Source: Escherichia coli
GTDB lineage: Bacteria > Pseudomonadota > Gammaproteobacteria > Enterobacterales > Enterobacteriaceae
Assembly: GCF_044324875.1 (NCBI RefSeq)
Contig: NZ_CP172185.1
Reading direction: 5' to 3' (one strand)
DNA: 64,000 nucleotides
In this document: in pieces, positions 39,229 through 54,601 of the stretch
Position numbering within the stretch: the stretch's first letter is position 1
Layout: each line of letters begins with the position of its first letter
Program-made: the position numbers and the translations under genes
The notes under the pieces: model-generated
What the model saw: only the letters and a program-made list of their open reading frames with translations
Told to the model about the DNA's origin: nothing
The model's database searches: none

Positions 39229-41658
39229 ATGACATTAACAAGACGTGAATTTATTAAACACAGCGGTATTGCCGCTGGGGCGCTGGTGGTGACATCGGCT
39301 GCACCGCTACCCGCATGGGCAGAAGAGAAGGGTGGCAAAATCCTCACCGCGGGCCGTTGGGGAGCGATGAACGTAGAAGTGAAGGACGGCAAGATTGTTT
39401 CTTCGACAGGCGCGCTGGCGAAAACCATACCGAACTCCTTACAGTCTACGGCGGCGGATCAGGTACACACCACGGCGCGTATTCAGCATCCGATGGTGAG
39501 AAAAAGCTATCTCGATAATCCACAGCAACCGGCGAAAGGTCGTGGCGAAGATACCTATGTACAGGTGAGCTGGGAACAAGCATTAAAACTGATTCATGAG
39601 CAACATGATCGTATTCGTAAAGCTAACGGACCATCGGCCATTTTTGCCGGATCTTACGGCTGGCGCTCTTCTGGCGTGTTGCATAAAGCGCAAACCTTAC
39701 TGCAACGTTATATGAACCTGGCGGGCGGTTATTCCGGGCATAGCGGCGATTATTCAACCGGTGCGGCACAGGTGATCATGCCGCATGTGGTGGGTTCCGT
39801 GGAGGTGTATGAACAGCAGACCTCCTGGCCGCTGATTCTGGAAAACAGCCAGGTTGTGGTGCTGTGGGGGATGAACCCGCTGAATACCTTAAAAATTGCC
39901 TGGAGCAGTACCGATGAGCAAGGGCTGGAATACTTCCATCAGCTGAAAAAATCTGGCAAACCAGTGATTGCCATTGATCCTATCCGCTCCGAAACCATCG
40001 ACTTCTTTGGCGATAACGCCACATGGATCGCCCCAAATATGGGTACCGACGTGGCGTTGATGTTAGGGATTGCGCACACCTTGATGGTACAAGGTAAGCA
40101 CGATAAGGCCTTCCTGGAAAAATACACCACCGGCTACCCGCAGTTTGAAGAGTATCTGGCAGGCAAGAGCGATAATACGCCGAAGAGCGCGGCCTGGGCG
40201 GCGGAAATTACTGGCGTACCGGAAGCGCAGATAGTCAAACTCGCTGAACTGATGGCGGCGAATCGCACAATGCTGATGGCAGGCTGGGGAATTCAGCGCC
40301 AGCAATATGGTGAACAGAAACACTGGATGCTGGTGACGCTGGCGGCGATGTTAGGGCAGATTGGTACACCGGGCGGCGGTTTTGGTTTCTCTTATCATTA
40401 CTCCAACGGTGGTAACTCGACGCGTGTTGGCGGCGTGCTGCCGGAAATGTCTGCGGCGATTGCCGGACAGGCCAGTGAGGCCGCTGATGATGGCGGAATG
40501 ACGGCGATTCCTGTTGCCCGTATCGTCGATGCGCTGGAAAATCCTGGCGGAAAATATCAGCATAACGGTAAAGAACAAACGTATCCGAATATCAAAATGA
40601 TCTGGTGGGCGGGTGGCGGTAACTTTACCCATCACCAGGATACTAATCGTCTGATCAAAGCCTGGCAGAAACCGGAGATGATCGTCGTTTCTGAATGCTA
40701 CTGGACCGCAGCTGCTAAACATGCAGATATCGTATTACCGATCACCACATCGTTTGAGCGCAATGACTTGACGATGACCGGTGATTACAGCAACCAGCAT
40801 ATTGTACCGATGAAGCAGGCTGTCGCTGCGCAATTTGAAGCGCGTAACGATTTTGACGTGTTTGCCGATCTTGCTGAATTACTCAAACCTGGCGGAAAAG
40901 AGATCTATACCGAAGGTAGAGATGAAATGGCGTGGCTGAAATTTTTCTATGATGCCGCTCAGAAAGGTGCCCGTGCGCAACGCGTGACTATGCCGATGTT
41001 TAATGCCTTCTGGCAGCAAAATAAACTGATCGAAATGCGCCGCAGCGAGAAGAACGAACAGTACGTTCGTTATGGTGATTTCCGCGCCGATCCGGTGAAA
41101 AATGCGCTGGGTACGCCAAGCGGCAAAATTGAGATTTACTCCAAAACGCTGGAAAAATTTGGCTATAAGGATTGCCCGGCACACCCAACCTGGCTTGCGC
41201 CTGATGAGTGGAAAGGTTCCGCCGACGAGAAGCAGTTGCAGCTTCTGACCGCACATCCGGCACACCGTTTACACAGTCAGCTTAACTATGCGGAACTGCG
41301 TAAAAAATATGCGGTTGCCGATCGTGAACCGATCACTATTCACACCGAAGATGCTGCTCGCTTTGGTATTGCGAATGGCGATCTGGTGCGTGTCTGGAAC
41401 AAACGTGGTCAGATTCTGACAGGCGCGGTGGTGACTGACGGGATCAAAAAAGGCGTGGTATGCGTGCATGAAGGTGCATGGCCAGATCTGGAAAATGGCT
41501 TGTGTAAAAACGGCAGTGCGAACGTGTTAACGGCGGATATCCCCAGCTCTCAGCTGGCAAATGCCTGTGCCGGTAACTCTGCGCTGGTGTATATCGAAAA
41601 ATATACGGGCAATGCACCGAAGTTAACGGCGTTTGATCAGCCAGCTGTTCAGGCATAA
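39229..41658 (+). CDS. torZ: TorZ (BisZ), periplasmic molybdoenzyme TMAO/N-oxide reductase
   Basis: 809 aa from [31 protein letters not shown] (Tat signal, RREFIK); DMSO reductase family. Confidence 0.95.
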   Translation: MTLTRREFIKHSGIAAGALVVTSAAPLPAWAEEKGGKILTAGRWGAMNVEVKDGKIVSSTGALAKTIPNSLQSTAADQVHTTARIQHPMVRKSYLDNPQQPAKGRGEDTYVQVSWEQALKLIHEQHDRIRKANGPSAIFAGSYGWRSSGVLHKAQTLLQRYMNLAGGYSGHSGDYSTGAAQVIMPHVVGSVEVYEQQTSWPLILENSQVVVLWGMNPLNTLKIAWSSTDEQGLEYFHQLKKSGKPVIAIDPIRSETIDFFGDNATWIAPNMGTDVALMLGIAHTLMVQGKHDKAFLEKYTTGYPQFEEYLAGKSDNTPKSAAWAAEITGVPEAQIVKLAELMAANRTMLMAGWGIQRQQYGEQKHWMLVTLAAMLGQIGTPGGGFGFSYHYSNGGNSTRVGGVLPEMSAAIAGQASEAADDGGMTAIPVARIVDALENPGGKYQHNGKEQTYPNIKMIWWAGGGNFTHHQDTNRLIKAWQKPEMIVVSECYWTAAAKHADIVLPITTSFERNDLTMTGDYSNQHIVPMKQAVAAQFEARNDFDVFADLAELLKPGGKEIYTEGRDEMAWLKFFYDAAQKGARAQRVTMPMFNAFWQQNKLIEMRRSEKNEQYVRYGDFRADPVKNALGTPSGKIEIYSKTLEKFGYKDCPAHPTWLAPDEWKGSADEKQLQLLTAHPAHRLHSQLNYAELRKKYAVADREPITIHTEDAARFGIANGDLVRVWNKRGQILTGAVVTDGIKKGVVCVHEGAWPDLENGLCKNGSANVLTADIPSSQLANACAGNSALVYIEKYTGNAPKLTAFDQPAVQA

Positions 41659-41734
41659 GACGTGAAAAGCGCCCGGAAATGGGCGCTGAGGTTATGCAAA
41701 CGTAAAACTGCCTGATGCGCTATGCTTATAAGGC

Positions 41735-41815
41735 CTACATAGTCCCTGCAATATATTGAATTAGGAAGGTTTTGTAGGCCGGATAAGGCGTTCACGCCGC
41801 ATCCGGCAGTAATAC
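41735..41815. repeat. REP/BIME elements between convergent torZ and cmoB
   Basis: ggcctacatag...ctgtaggccggataaggcgttcacgccgcatccggcag: REP consensus GCCGGATAAGGCG / GCCGCATCCGGC. Confidence 0.75.
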
Positions 41816-41822
41816 CAGACCT

Positions 41823-43970
<2,148 letters not shown>

Positions 43971-44022
43971 ACAAACTCCCTTTAAAATGGCCGATGGCAC
44001 CTGTCTATGATAGGTGGCAAAT

Positions 44023-44841
44023 TCAGAAAAGAGAAGATTGCTGTGGAATAGCCGGAACTGCTCCGATCTCTGGAAGCGTTTTACGTAAGTCTTCCCACAG
44101 GGTATGTACCAGTTCCGGGGCCTGGGCAATATCTGGCGTATGTAAAAAAAGATAAGGCGTAGTGGTCTGATGCCACTGCGCTAATTTTTGTAACCAGACC
44201 TGAAATAATTCCCGGTTTTGCGTCATATCATCACTACCGATAAAACGGATCAGCGGATTTGTCGCCGTCAGTACAGCATGTACCGGAACCTTAGGTTTTT
44301 TTCGTTGAGCGTCGCGAATAGCTTCACTGTGTGGACGTGCTGCATGAACCGGGCGGCTGTCTAAAATCACCCGATTAACGCCGCGCTGATGTAAACCGCG
44401 ATTAAGTGTTTGTTCCTCTTCCCCTTTGGCGAAAAACTGTGGATGGCGAACTTCCACACCATAATTAAACTCGCCGGGAAGAGAGTCGAGAAAATGCCAA
44501 AGCGCAGGCAGATCCCGTGGGCCAAATGTGGCAGGCAGTTGCAGCCAGTATTGCCCAATGCGCGGCGCTAACGGTGACATGCGGGTCAAAAATTCAGTCA
44601 CTAAATCATCGCAATGCCGTAATGCTGCCTGATGCGAAATGGTCGCCGGAAACTTAAAACAGAAGCGGAAGTCATCTGTGGTCTGCTCACGCCAGCGTAG
44701 GACAACCTCGGATTTCGGCAGGGCGTAAAGCGTGGTGTTGCCCTCCACACAGTTAAAGTGGCGGGCATACTCTTCAAGGCTGGTGATCCCCAACCGCACC
44801 CATTTAGGATGCGACCATTGCGGCAGACCGATGTAAATCAT
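44023..44841 (-). CDS. yecE: YecE, DUF72 family protein
   Basis: 272 aa [39 protein letters not shown]... Confidence 0.88.
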   Translation of the reverse strand: MIYIGLPQWSHPKWVRLGITSLEEYARHFNCVEGNTTLYALPKSEVVLRWREQTTDDFRFCFKFPATISHQAALRHCDDLVTEFLTRMSPLAPRIGQYWLQLPATFGPRDLPALWHFLDSLPGEFNYGVEVRHPQFFAKGEEEQTLNRGLHQRGVNRVILDSRPVHAARPHSEAIRDAQRKKPKVPVHAVLTATNPLIRFIGSDDMTQNRELFQVWLQKLAQWHQTTTPYLFLHTPDIAQAPELVHTLWEDLRKTLPEIGAVPAIPQQSSLF

Positions 44842-45404
44842 AACGCGTGGAGGATCTCTTCCACACTGCGCACACGGGCGATGCGTGGGTAGATATGGTT
44901 GATGCTGTTATTGTGCTGCTCGGCGCTGGCGGCGCTGCAGGCGTCTTCGGCAATCACCAGATTAAAACCGAGTTCCCAGGCATTGCGGGCGGTGGATTCA
45001 ACACCGATATTGGTCGAGATCCCACATAATACTATTGTATCGATACCCCGGCGGCGTAATTGCAACTCCAGATCCGTACCGTAAAACGCACCCCATTGAC
45101 GTTTGATGATTTCGATATCGCTGTCGGTTGCACCTAATGCAGCAGGATGTTGCCACCAGTTTTCGGGTAACACTTTAGCGGGGGAGGGGACATCAACCGG
45201 CTGTTTTAATGCTTCGGCATAATCGGCAGACCAGCCAACGCGCACCAGAAACACGGGCTGACCGCTCGCGCGAAATTTCGCCGCCAGCTTCCCGGCGCGA
45301 TTAACCACCTCATCGGCAGTATGTGGACCTCCGGCAAAAGGTAAGATGCCTTCTTGTAAATCAATCACCACCAGCGCAGTGGTTTTAGCATTAAGTTCAA
45401 GCAT
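44838..45404 (-). CDS. yecD: YecD, isochorismatase-family hydrolase
   Basis: 188 aa from [20 protein letters not shown]; isochorismatase-like fold (VIDLQ...[12 protein letters not shown]); ORF track allows 5 extra N-terminal codons. Confidence 0.88.
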   Translation of the reverse strand: MLELNAKTTALVVIDLQEGILPFAGGPHTADEVVNRAGKLAAKFRASGQPVFLVRVGWSADYAEALKQPVDVPSPAKVLPENWWQHPAALGATDSDIEIIKRQWGAFYGTDLELQLRRRGIDTIVLCGISTNIGVESTARNAWELGFNLVIAEDACSAASAEQHNNSINHIYPRIARVRSVEEILHAL

Positions 45405-45713
45405 GATGACTCCTGACAAAACAAAATCGTGCCTCTCACCTTAATGCGATTAGCCGATGGCGGAACGACAAATTTTGTTAATTTTTATGAGTTCGGGCAA
45501 CACCTTTATAGCAAACTGGCGTAGAGTCTGATTTCAGGCCCGATATAAAGTGGTAACGAGGTGTTCCAGCGCGGGCCAGGCTCTTACGGTGCGGCAGAAT
45601 TTCCAGTATAATAGCCGCCTTTTTTCATTCAGTTGTGACATACAGCTAACGCTGCGACTTGGTCACCTGCGCAGCAGGGGGCATCCGCCGGCAGCTAAGT
45701 TAAGGGATATCTC

Positions 45714-47486
45714 ATGCGTACAGAATATTGTGGACAGCTCCGTTTGTCCCACGTGGGGCAGCAGGTGACTCTGTGTGGTTGGGTCAACCGTCGTCGTGAT
45801 CTTGGTAGCCTGATCTTCATCGATATGCGCGACCGCGAAGGTATCGTGCAGGTATTTTTCGATCCGGATCGTGCGGACGCGTTAAAGCTGGCCTCTGAAC
45901 TGCGTAATGAGTTCTGCATTCAGGTCACGGGCACCGTACGTGCGCGTGACGAAAAAAATATTAACCGCGATATGGCGACCGGCGAAATTGAAGTGCTGGC
46001 GTCCTCGCTGACTATCATCAACCGCGCAGATGTTCTGCCGCTTGACTCTAACCACGTCAACACCGAAGAAGCGCGTCTGAAATACCGCTACCTCGACCTG
46101 CGTCGCCCGGAAATGGCTCAGCGCCTGAAAACCCGCGCTAAAATCACCAGCCTGGTGCGCCGTTTTATGGATGACCACGGCTTCCTCGACATCGAAACTC
46201 CGATGCTGACCAAAGCCACGCCGGAAGGCGCGCGAGACTACCTGGTGCCTTCTCGTGTGCACAAAGGTAAATTCTACGCACTGCCGCAATCCCCACAGTT
46301 GTTCAAACAGCTGCTGATGATGTCCGGTTTTGACCGTTACTATCAGATCGTTAAATGCTTCCGTGACGAAGACCTGCGCGCTGATCGTCAGCCTGAATTT
46401 ACTCAGATCGATGTGGAAACTTCTTTCATGACCGCCCCGCAAGTGCGTGAAGTGATGGAAGCGCTGGTGCGTCATCTGTGGCTGGAAGTGAAGGGCGTGG
46501 ATCTGGGTGATTTCCCGGTAATGACCTTTGCAGAAGCAGAACGCCGTTATGGTTCTGATAAACCGGATCTGCGTAACCCGATGGAACTGACCGACGTTGC
46601 CGATCTGCTGAAATCCGTTGAATTTGCAGTATTTGCAGGTCCGGCGAACGATCCGAAGGGTCGCGTAGCGGCTCTGCGCGTTCCGGGCGGCGCATCGCTG
46701 ACCCGTAAGCAGATCGACGAATACGGTAACTTCGTTAAAATCTACGGCGCGAAAGGTCTGGCTTACATCAAAGTTAACGAACGCGCGAAAGGTCTGGAAG
46801 GTATCAACAGCCCGGTAGCGAAGTTCCTTAATGCAGAAATCATCGAAGCCATCCTGGATCGTACTGCCGCGCAAGATGGCGATATGATTTTCTTCGGTGC
46901 CGACAACAAGAAAATTGTTGCCGACGCGATGGGCGCACTGCGCCTGAAAGTGGGTAAAGACCTTGGTCTGACCGACGAAAGCAAATGGGCACCGCTGTGG
47001 GTTATCGATTTCCCGATGTTTGAAGACGACGGTGAAGGCGGCCTGACGGCAATGCACCATCCGTTCACCTCACCAAAAGACATGACTGCTGCAGAACTGA
47101 AAGCTGCACCAGAAAATGCGGTGGCGAACGCTTACGATATGGTCATCAATGGTTACGAAGTGGGCGGTGGTTCTGTGCGTATCCATAATGGTGATATGCA
47201 GCAGACGGTGTTTGGTATTCTGGGTATCAACGAAGAGGAACAGCGCGAGAAATTCGGCTTCCTGCTCGACGCCCTGAAATACGGTACTCCGCCGCACGCA
47301 GGTCTGGCATTCGGTCTTGACCGTCTGACGATGCTGCTGACCGGCACCGACAATATCCGTGACGTTATCGCCTTCCCGAAAACCACGGCGGCAGCGTGTC
47401 TGATGACTGAAGCACCGAGCTTTGCTAACCCGACTGCACTGGCTGAGCTGAGCATTCAGGTTGTGAAGAAGGCAGAGAATAACTGA
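45714..47486 (+). CDS. aspS: AspS, aspartate--tRNA ligase
   Basis: 590 aa [43 protein letters not shown]...; class II aaRS motifs ([22 protein letters not shown]). Confidence 0.97.
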
Positions 47487-47603
47487 TATGACTCAAATAC
47501 ACGAAATCATTCGCGTTGCATCGAGGCGGCAACTGAGTGAACTCCCATGAGCATAGATAACTATGTGAATGGGATGAGCGAAGGCAGTCAACGAAGAGGC
47601 AGC

Positions 47604-48056
47604 GTGAAGGATAAAGTGTATAAGCGTCCCGTTTCGATCTTAGTGGTCATCTATGCACAAGATACGAAACGGGTGCTGATGTTGCAGCGGCGTGACGATC
47701 CCGATTTCTGGCAGTCGGTAACCGGCAGCGTGGAAGAGGGTGAAACCGCGCCGCAAGCTGCCATGCGCGAAGTAAAGGAAGAGGTCACCATCGATGTTGT
47801 CGCTGAACAACTGACCTTAATTGACTGTCAGCGCACGGTAGAATTTGAAATTTTTTCACATTTACGTCATCGCTATGCGCCGGGCGTGACGCGTAATACG
47901 GAATCATGGTTCTGTCTTGCGCTCCCGCACGAACGCCAGGTCGTCTTCACTGAACATCTGGCCTACAAGTGGCTTGATGCGCCTGCTGCGGCGGCGCTCA
48001 CTAAGTCCTGGAGCAACCGGCAGGCGATTGAACAGTTTGTAATTAACGCTGCCTGA
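47604..48056 (+). CDS. nudB: NudB, dihydroneopterin triphosphate diphosphatase (Nudix)
   Basis: 150 aa from GTG ([20 protein letters not shown]); Nudix box [21 protein letters not shown]; ORF track start 47547 is an upstream extension. Confidence 0.9.
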
Positions 48057-48084
48057 ACAGGCAGGGCTATCTGGAGATATTTTT

Positions 48085-48825
48085 ATGGCAGGTCATAGTA
48101 AATGGGCCAACACCAGACATCGTAAAGCTGCGCAGGATGCTAAGCGCGGTAAAATCTTCACTAAAATCATTCGTGAGCTGGTAACCGCGGCTAAGCTGGG
48201 CGGTGGTGACCCGGACGCTAACCCGCGTCTGCGTGCAGCAATTGATAAAGCATTGTCTAACAACATGACCCGTGACACCCTGAACCGCGCAATCGCACGT
48301 GGTGTGGGGGGGGATGATGATGCAAACATGGAAACCATCATCTACGAAGGTTACGGTCCTGGCGGCACGGCAATCATGATTGAATGTCTGTCTGACAACC
48401 GCAACCGTACCGTTGCTGAAGTGCGCCATGCATTCAGTAAATGTGGCGGTAACCTCGGTACTGATGGTTCCGTAGCTTATCTGTTCAGCAAAAAAGGCGT
48501 GATCTCCTTCGAGAAAGGCGATGAAGACACCATCATGGAAGCAGCGCTGGAAGCAGGTGCTGAAGACGTTGTGACCTATGATGACGGCGCAATTGATGTC
48601 TACACTGCATGGGAAGAAATGGGTAAAGTGCGCGACGCTCTGGAAGCGGCAGGTCTGAAAGCAGACAGCGCGGAAGTTTCCATGATCCCGTCCACCAAAG
48701 CTGATATGGATGCAGAAACCGCACCGAAACTGATGCGTCTGATCGATATGCTGGAAGATTGCGACGACGTGCAGGAAGTCTACCATAACGGTGAAATCTC
48801 TGATGAGGTTGCAGCGACTCTCTGA
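48085..48825 (+). CDS. yebC: YebC/PmpR-family transcriptional regulator
   Basis: 246 aa [31 protein letters not shown]... Confidence 0.95.
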
Positions 48826-48859
48826 TGGGGCCTGCTAAACAGCAAAACGGAGACGCGTG

Positions 48860-49381
48860 ATGGCTATTATTCTCGGCATTGACCCGGGTTCGCGCGTGAC
48901 CGGCTATGGCGTCATCCGCCAGGTAGGCAGGCAATTGTCCTACCTGGGTAGCGGATGCATACGCACCAAAGTGGATGATTTACCGTCTCGTCTGAAGCTC
49001 ATCTATGCGGGCGTGACGGAAATCATTACCCAGTTCCAGCCTGATTATTTCGCCATTGAACAAGTCTTTATGGCGAAGAACGCTGACTCAGCCCTGAAAC
49101 TGGGGCAGGCACGCGGCGTGGCGATTGTGGCGGCGGTGAATCAGGAATTGCCGGTATTTGAATATGCGGCACGTCAGGTAAAGCAAACGGTGGTAGGTAT
49201 TGGTAGTGCTGAAAAAAGCCAGGTGCAGCATATGGTCCGCACCTTGCTGAAACTGCCCGCTAATCCACAGGCGGATGCTGCCGATGCATTAGCTATCGCG
49301 ATTACCCATTGTCACGTCAGTCAGAATGCGATGCAGATGAGCGAATCGCGGCTGAACCTGGCGAGAGGGCGACTGCGTTAA
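48860..49381 (+). CDS. ruvC: RuvC, Holliday junction resolvase
   Basis: 173 aa from [19 protein letters not shown]; catalytic acidic residues conserved. Confidence 0.95.
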
Positions 49382-49382
49382 G

Positions 49383-49985
49383 TTATACCGCCTCGGTCAG
49401 TTCCGGCTGAGGCGTTTCCACTCCCTCCGCATGAATCAACACCAAACCCGGATGATGCCACAAACTGGCTGGCGTGACGGTTTTACGCTCCCACGGAATA
49501 GAACCTAAGAACCAGAATTTCCAGAAAGTGAGTTTTGCATTCGGATTGCTATTTAACAATTCTCCAAACGTCTCTATTTCACCCACCGGAATACATAGCG
49601 CTTTTTTATAAATATCAAAAACAAATTTTGAACAGAACTGGCGCGAAGATTCGTATTTAAAACCGGTGTGGTAAAGTTTGCGTAGCCGGGAGGGAACCTG
49701 TTCAACAATTCGTTGTTTTTGTTGTTCTGTAAGCCCGGCGTCTAATCGCTTTATAGCATAGCGTTGATTAGAAGAACGTTTAATAAAACGAGATAGCGTG
49801 GTGATGGTTGAAAGGGGAACCCGGCTTTCTGCAACCATGAAGTCTTCACCGTTATGACCGATAATGATCCCGACGTGATTACTCCAGCAATTTGATGCAG
49901 CTGATATTTGACCAAATAAGGCAGCACCTATACATGTAAAGACGATATCACCAATTTCATATTCAGCAGGATAATTAATATTCAC
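49383..49985 (-). CDS. yebB: YebB, DUF830 family protein
   Basis: 200 aa [34 protein letters not shown]...; convergent with ruvC, stops 1 bp apart. Confidence 0.85.
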   Translation of the reverse strand: MNINYPAEYEIGDIVFTCIGAALFGQISAASNCWSNHVGIIIGHNGEDFMVAESRVPLSTITTLSRFIKRSSNQRYAIKRLDAGLTEQQKQRIVEQVPSRLRKLYHTGFKYESSRQFCSKFVFDIYKKALCIPVGEIETFGELLNSNPNAKLTFWKFWFLGSIPWERKTVTPASLWHHPGLVLIHAEGVETPQPELTEAV

Positions 49986-50192
49986 ATTGTCATTCCATTG
50001 AAATAGATATGAATATACGTAATAGCATAAAAAATTTATTTTTTCAGGAGGCGCAATATGTATTTTTATTACGCATTTCTTCGCTGAATATGTAATATTT
50101 AAATATTTGCTTCCAATATAACCTGTAGAAAAAATTCTACTGCGCCATTTTTCAGATCATCGGGACGCCTCGCAAGTTTTCTTCATCCTTCG

Positions 50193-50208
50193 CTGGATAT
50201 CTATCCAG
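50193..50208. promoter_or_regulatory. LexA (SOS) box upstream of ruvAB
   Basis: CTGGATATCTATCCAG = CTG-N10-CAG palindrome, about 50 bp upstream of ruvA start. Confidence 0.8.
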
Positions 50209-50259
50209 CATTTTTTTATCATACAGCATTATCTTTGATTCATTACGCAGGAGCGTCAT

Positions 50260-50871
50260 GTGATAGGCAGACTCAGAGGCATCATCATTGAAAAACAACC
50301 CCCGCTGGTGTTAATTGAAGTGGGCGGCGTAGGCTATGAAGTGCATATGCCGATGACCTGTTTTTATGAACTCCCTGAAGCGGGTCAGGAAGCGATCGTT
50401 TTCACCCACTTTGTGGTGCGTGAAGACGCGCAACTGCTGTACGGTTTTAACAATAAACAAGAGCGCACGTTGTTCAAAGAGTTGATCAAAACCAACGGCG
50501 TCGGCCCGAAGTTGGCGCTGGCGATCCTCTCCGGAATGTCAGCGCAGCAGTTCGTTAATGCCGTTGAGCGTGAAGAAGTGGGGGCACTGGTGAAACTGCC
50601 GGGTATTGGCAAAAAAACCGCCGAACGCTTGATTGTCGAAATGAAAGACCGATTTAAAGGTTTGCATGGCGATCTCTTTACGCCAGCCGCCGACCTGGTA
50701 CTCACGTCACCTGCCAGCCCGGCGACCGACGATGCTGAACAGGAAGCGGTTGCTGCGCTGGTGGCGCTGGGCTATAAACCACAAGAAGCAAGCCGCATGG
50801 TGAGCAAAATCGCTCGCCCTGACGCCAGCAGTGAAACATTAATTCGCGAAGCCCTACGCGCCGCGTTATGA
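50260..50871 (+). CDS. ruvA: RuvA, Holliday junction DNA helicase subunit
   Basis: 203 aa [31 protein letters not shown]... Confidence 0.97.
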   Translation: MIGRLRGIIIEKQPPLVLIEVGGVGYEVHMPMTCFYELPEAGQEAIVFTHFVVREDAQLLYGFNNKQERTLFKELIKTNGVGPKLALAILSGMSAQQFVNAVEREEVGALVKLPGIGKKTAERLIVEMKDRFKGLHGDLFTPAADLVLTSPASPATDDAEQEAVAALVALGYKPQEASRMVSKIARPDASSETLIREALRAAL

Positions 50872-50876
50872 GGTAA

Positions 50877-51890
<1,014 letters not shown>

Positions 51891-51892
51891 GT

Positions 51893-52030
51893 CGGATCGG
51901 TCGCTCGCGGCGCATCCGACACTGGCAGTGTTGCCTGATGCGCCGGCGTTCGCGTCTTATCAGGCCAGCCAGAGATAGCGAACCGTAGGTCGGATAAGGC
52001 GCTCGCGCCGCATCCGACAAATGTGTTCAG
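51893..52030. repeat. REP/BIME cluster between convergent ruvB and znuB
   Basis: Multiple copies of gccgcatccgaca / gtcggataaggcg REP cores. Confidence 0.75.
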
Positions 52031-52037
52031 CGACAGA

Positions 52038-52823
52038 TTAGCTGGCCTGCTTTTTCATCATACTGATAATAAATAACAGTGCCGCACATAGCACTACCGA
52101 CGGACCCGCCGGCGTATCGTAAAATGCGGAAAAGGTTAAACCGCCAGTTACTGCCACCATTCCCACCAAAACAGCGATACCAGCCATCTGTTCCGGCGTG
52201 CGGGCAAAGCGACGCGCAGTAGCTGCAGGAATAATTAGCAACGAAGTAATAATCAACGCGCCGACAAATTTCATCGCTACACCAATCGTCAATGCCGTCA
52301 CCAGCATCAACAACAATTTCACGCGCTGTAATTTCACACCATCAACAAACGCCAGATCCGGGCTAATCGTCATCGACAGCAAATTGCGCCATTGCCAGAA
52401 CAAAATCGCCACCACGATGACCACGCCAATTGCAATAGAGATGAGATCTTCTGGCGTCACTGCCAGCAAATCACCGAACAGGTAAGCCATCAAATCAACA
52501 CGAATATTAGACATCAGACTAACGACCACCAGGCCCAGCGACAGGGCACTGTGCGCCATAATCCCTAATAATGTGTCGATCGCCAGCTGTGGGCGCTTCT
52601 CCAGCCATACCAGACCGCCCGCCAGCAGCAGCGTAACGGCAATTACCGCATAGAATGGATTCACATCCAGCAACAAACCAAACGCGACGCCAAGTAATGA
52701 GGCATGAGCCAGCGTATCACCGAAATAAGACATACGACGCCAGACCACAAACGAACCCAGCGGACCCGCGGCACAGGCGAGCATGATCCCGGCTAACCAA
52801 CCGGGAAATAATAATTCAATCAT
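52038..52823 (-). CDS. znuB: ZnuB, zinc ABC transporter permease
   Basis: 261 aa [41 protein letters not shown]... Confidence 0.95.
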   Translation of the reverse strand: MIELLFPGWLAGIMLACAAGPLGSFVVWRRMSYFGDTLAHASLLGVAFGLLLDVNPFYAVIAVTLLLAGGLVWLEKRPQLAIDTLLGIMAHSALSLGLVVVSLMSNIRVDLMAYLFGDLLAVTPEDLISIAIGVVIVVAILFWQWRNLLSMTISPDLAFVDGVKLQRVKLLLMLVTALTIGVAMKFVGALIITSLLIIPAATARRFARTPEQMAGIAVLVGMVAVTGGLTFSAFYDTPAGPSVVLCAALLFIISMMKKQAS

Positions 52824-53575
52824 GAGCGATCATTTCCCCGACGCAAAACAATTCGTCCCTGTAAATCGTGACGATGATTATGATGATGGCGATAGATACC
52901 CAGTTGTTCAGCACCACGAGGACCAAACATAGAAATAAACTCCGGATGCAGGGAAACAACTTCCGGTGTACCGGAACAACAAATGTGGTGATTCAGGCAA
53001 AGCACTTCATCGGTTTTTGCCATTACCAGATGCAGATCGTGAGAGACCATTAAAACGCCACAATCCAGTTCGCGACGCAACTGGTCAATAAGGTCATATA
53101 ACGCCACCTGACCATTCACATCAACGCCTTGAGTGGGTTCATCCAGCACTAATAATTGCGGTCGATTTAACAATGCTCGCGCTAACAATACACGCTGTGT
53201 TTCGCCACCCGAGAGCTTTTGCATCGGTGCGTTAATCAGATGCCCGGCCTGGACACGTTTCAGTGCAGGCAAAATATCTTCTTTATGTGTGTCAGGGCGT
53301 AAGCGTAAAAAACGGTTTACGGTCAGTGGCAACGTGGTGTCGAGATACAGCTTCTGCGGTACATAGCCGATGCGCAGTTTTCCGTTGCGCTTGATAACCC
53401 CTTCATCGGGTGTTACCAGCCCGAGCACTACCCGTACCAGTGTCGACTTACCTGCGCCATTTGGCCCAAGTAAAGTCAAAATTTTTCCAGGTTTAAGTTC
53501 CAGCGACACATCAGAGAGGACGCGGCGTTGGCCAAAAGAAACCGAGACATTTTCCAGGGAAACCAGACTTGTCAT
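52820..53575 (-). CDS. znuC: ZnuC, zinc ABC transporter ATPase
   Basis: 251 aa; Walker [10 protein letters not shown], signature LSGGETQR; overlaps znuB start by 4 nt. Confidence 0.95.
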   Translation of the reverse strand: MTSLVSLENVSVSFGQRRVLSDVSLELKPGKILTLLGPNGAGKSTLVRVVLGLVTPDEGVIKRNGKLRIGYVPQKLYLDTTLPLTVNRFLRLRPDTHKEDILPALKRVQAGHLINAPMQKLSGGETQRVLLARALLNRPQLLVLDEPTQGVDVNGQVALYDLIDQLRRELDCGVLMVSHDLHLVMAKTDEVLCLNHHICCSGTPEVVSLHPEFISMFGPRGAEQLGIYRHHHNHRHDLQGRIVLRRGNDRS

Positions 53576-53601
53576 GTTAATTTTAGTCTTGCAGTAGTCA
53601 T

Positions 53602-53624
53602 GAAATGTTATAATATCACACTTC
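53602..53624. promoter_or_regulatory. Zur box in the divergent znuCB / znuA promoter region
   Basis: gaaatgttataatatcacacttc resembles the Zur operator consensus GAAATGTTATAnTATAACATTTC. Confidence 0.75.
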
Positions 53625-53653
53625 TCATATTCATTACGATGATTGGTCGCATT

Positions 53654-54586
53654 ATGTTACATAAAAAAACGCTTCTTTTCGCAGCATTATCCGCCGCTCT
53701 CTGGGGCGGTGCAACACAGGCCGCAGATGCTGCCGTTGTCGCTTCGCTTAAACCCGTTGGGTTCATCGCTTCTGCCATTGCTGATGGGGTAACAGAAACG
53801 GAGGTTTTACTACCTGACGGCGCTTCAGAACATGATTATTCACTGCGTCCATCAGATGTAAAACGCTTACAGAACGCGGACTTAGTCGTTTGGGTTGGCC
53901 CGGAGATGGAAGCGTTCATGCAAAAACCGGTAAGTAAATTACCTGAAGCGAAACAGGTAACGATTGCGCAGCTAGAGAATGTGAAACCGCTGCTGATGAA
54001 AAGTATTCACGGCGATGATGATGATCACGACCACGCGGAAAAAAGTGACGAAGATCACCATCACGGCGATTTCAACATGCATCTTTGGCTTTCCCCAGAG
54101 ATAGCGCGGGCTACAGCGGTTGCAATCCATGGAAAATTAGTGGAACTTATGCCGCAAAGTCGAGCCAAACTTGACGCCAACTTGAAGGATTTTGAGGCAC
54201 AATTAGCCTCAACCGAAAAGCAGGTTGGTAACGAGCTCGCGCCGCTCAAGGGGAAAGGTTATTTCGTTTTTCACGATGCTTACGGCTATTTCGAAAAACA
54301 GTTCGGACTGACACCGCTTGGTCATTTTACCGTTAACCCTGAGATTCAACCTGGCGCGCAGCGTTTACATGAAATAAGAACACAGTTGGTTGAGCAAAAA
54401 GCAACCTGCGTTTTTGCTGAGCCACAGTTCAGGCCAGCGGTCGTTGAGAGCGTCGCACGAGGGACATCCGTTCGTATGGGAACGTTGGATCCCCTGGGGA
54501 CGAATATCAAACTGGGTAAAACAAGCTATTCAGAATTCCTGAATCAATTAGCCAACCAGTATGCGAGCTGCCTGAAAGGAGATTAA
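53654..54586 (+). CDS. znuA: ZnuA, zinc ABC transporter periplasmic binding protein
   Basis: 310 aa from [23 protein letters not shown] (signal peptide); His/Asp-rich loop ([21 protein letters not shown]); ORF track start 53528 is an upstream extension. Confidence 0.95.
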   Translation: MLHKKTLLFAALSAALWGGATQAADAAVVASLKPVGFIASAIADGVTETEVLLPDGASEHDYSLRPSDVKRLQNADLVVWVGPEMEAFMQKPVSKLPEAKQVTIAQLENVKPLLMKSIHGDDDDHDHAEKSDEDHHHGDFNMHLWLSPEIARATAVAIHGKLVELMPQSRAKLDANLKDFEAQLASTEKQVGNELAPLKGKGYFVFHDAYGYFEKQFGLTPLGHFTVNPEIQPGAQRLHEIRTQLVEQKATCVFAEPQFRPAVVESVARGTSVRMGTLDPLGTNIKLGKTSYSEFLNQLANQYASCLKGD

Positions 54587-54601
54587 TGAGGAAGTGATTA
54601 C

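Noticed and set aside
45882-47060. 392-aa ORF on the - strand
   Set aside because: Antisense to aspS; same reasoning as for argS.
48067-48786. 239-aa ORF on the - strand
   Set aside because: Antisense to yebC; spurious.
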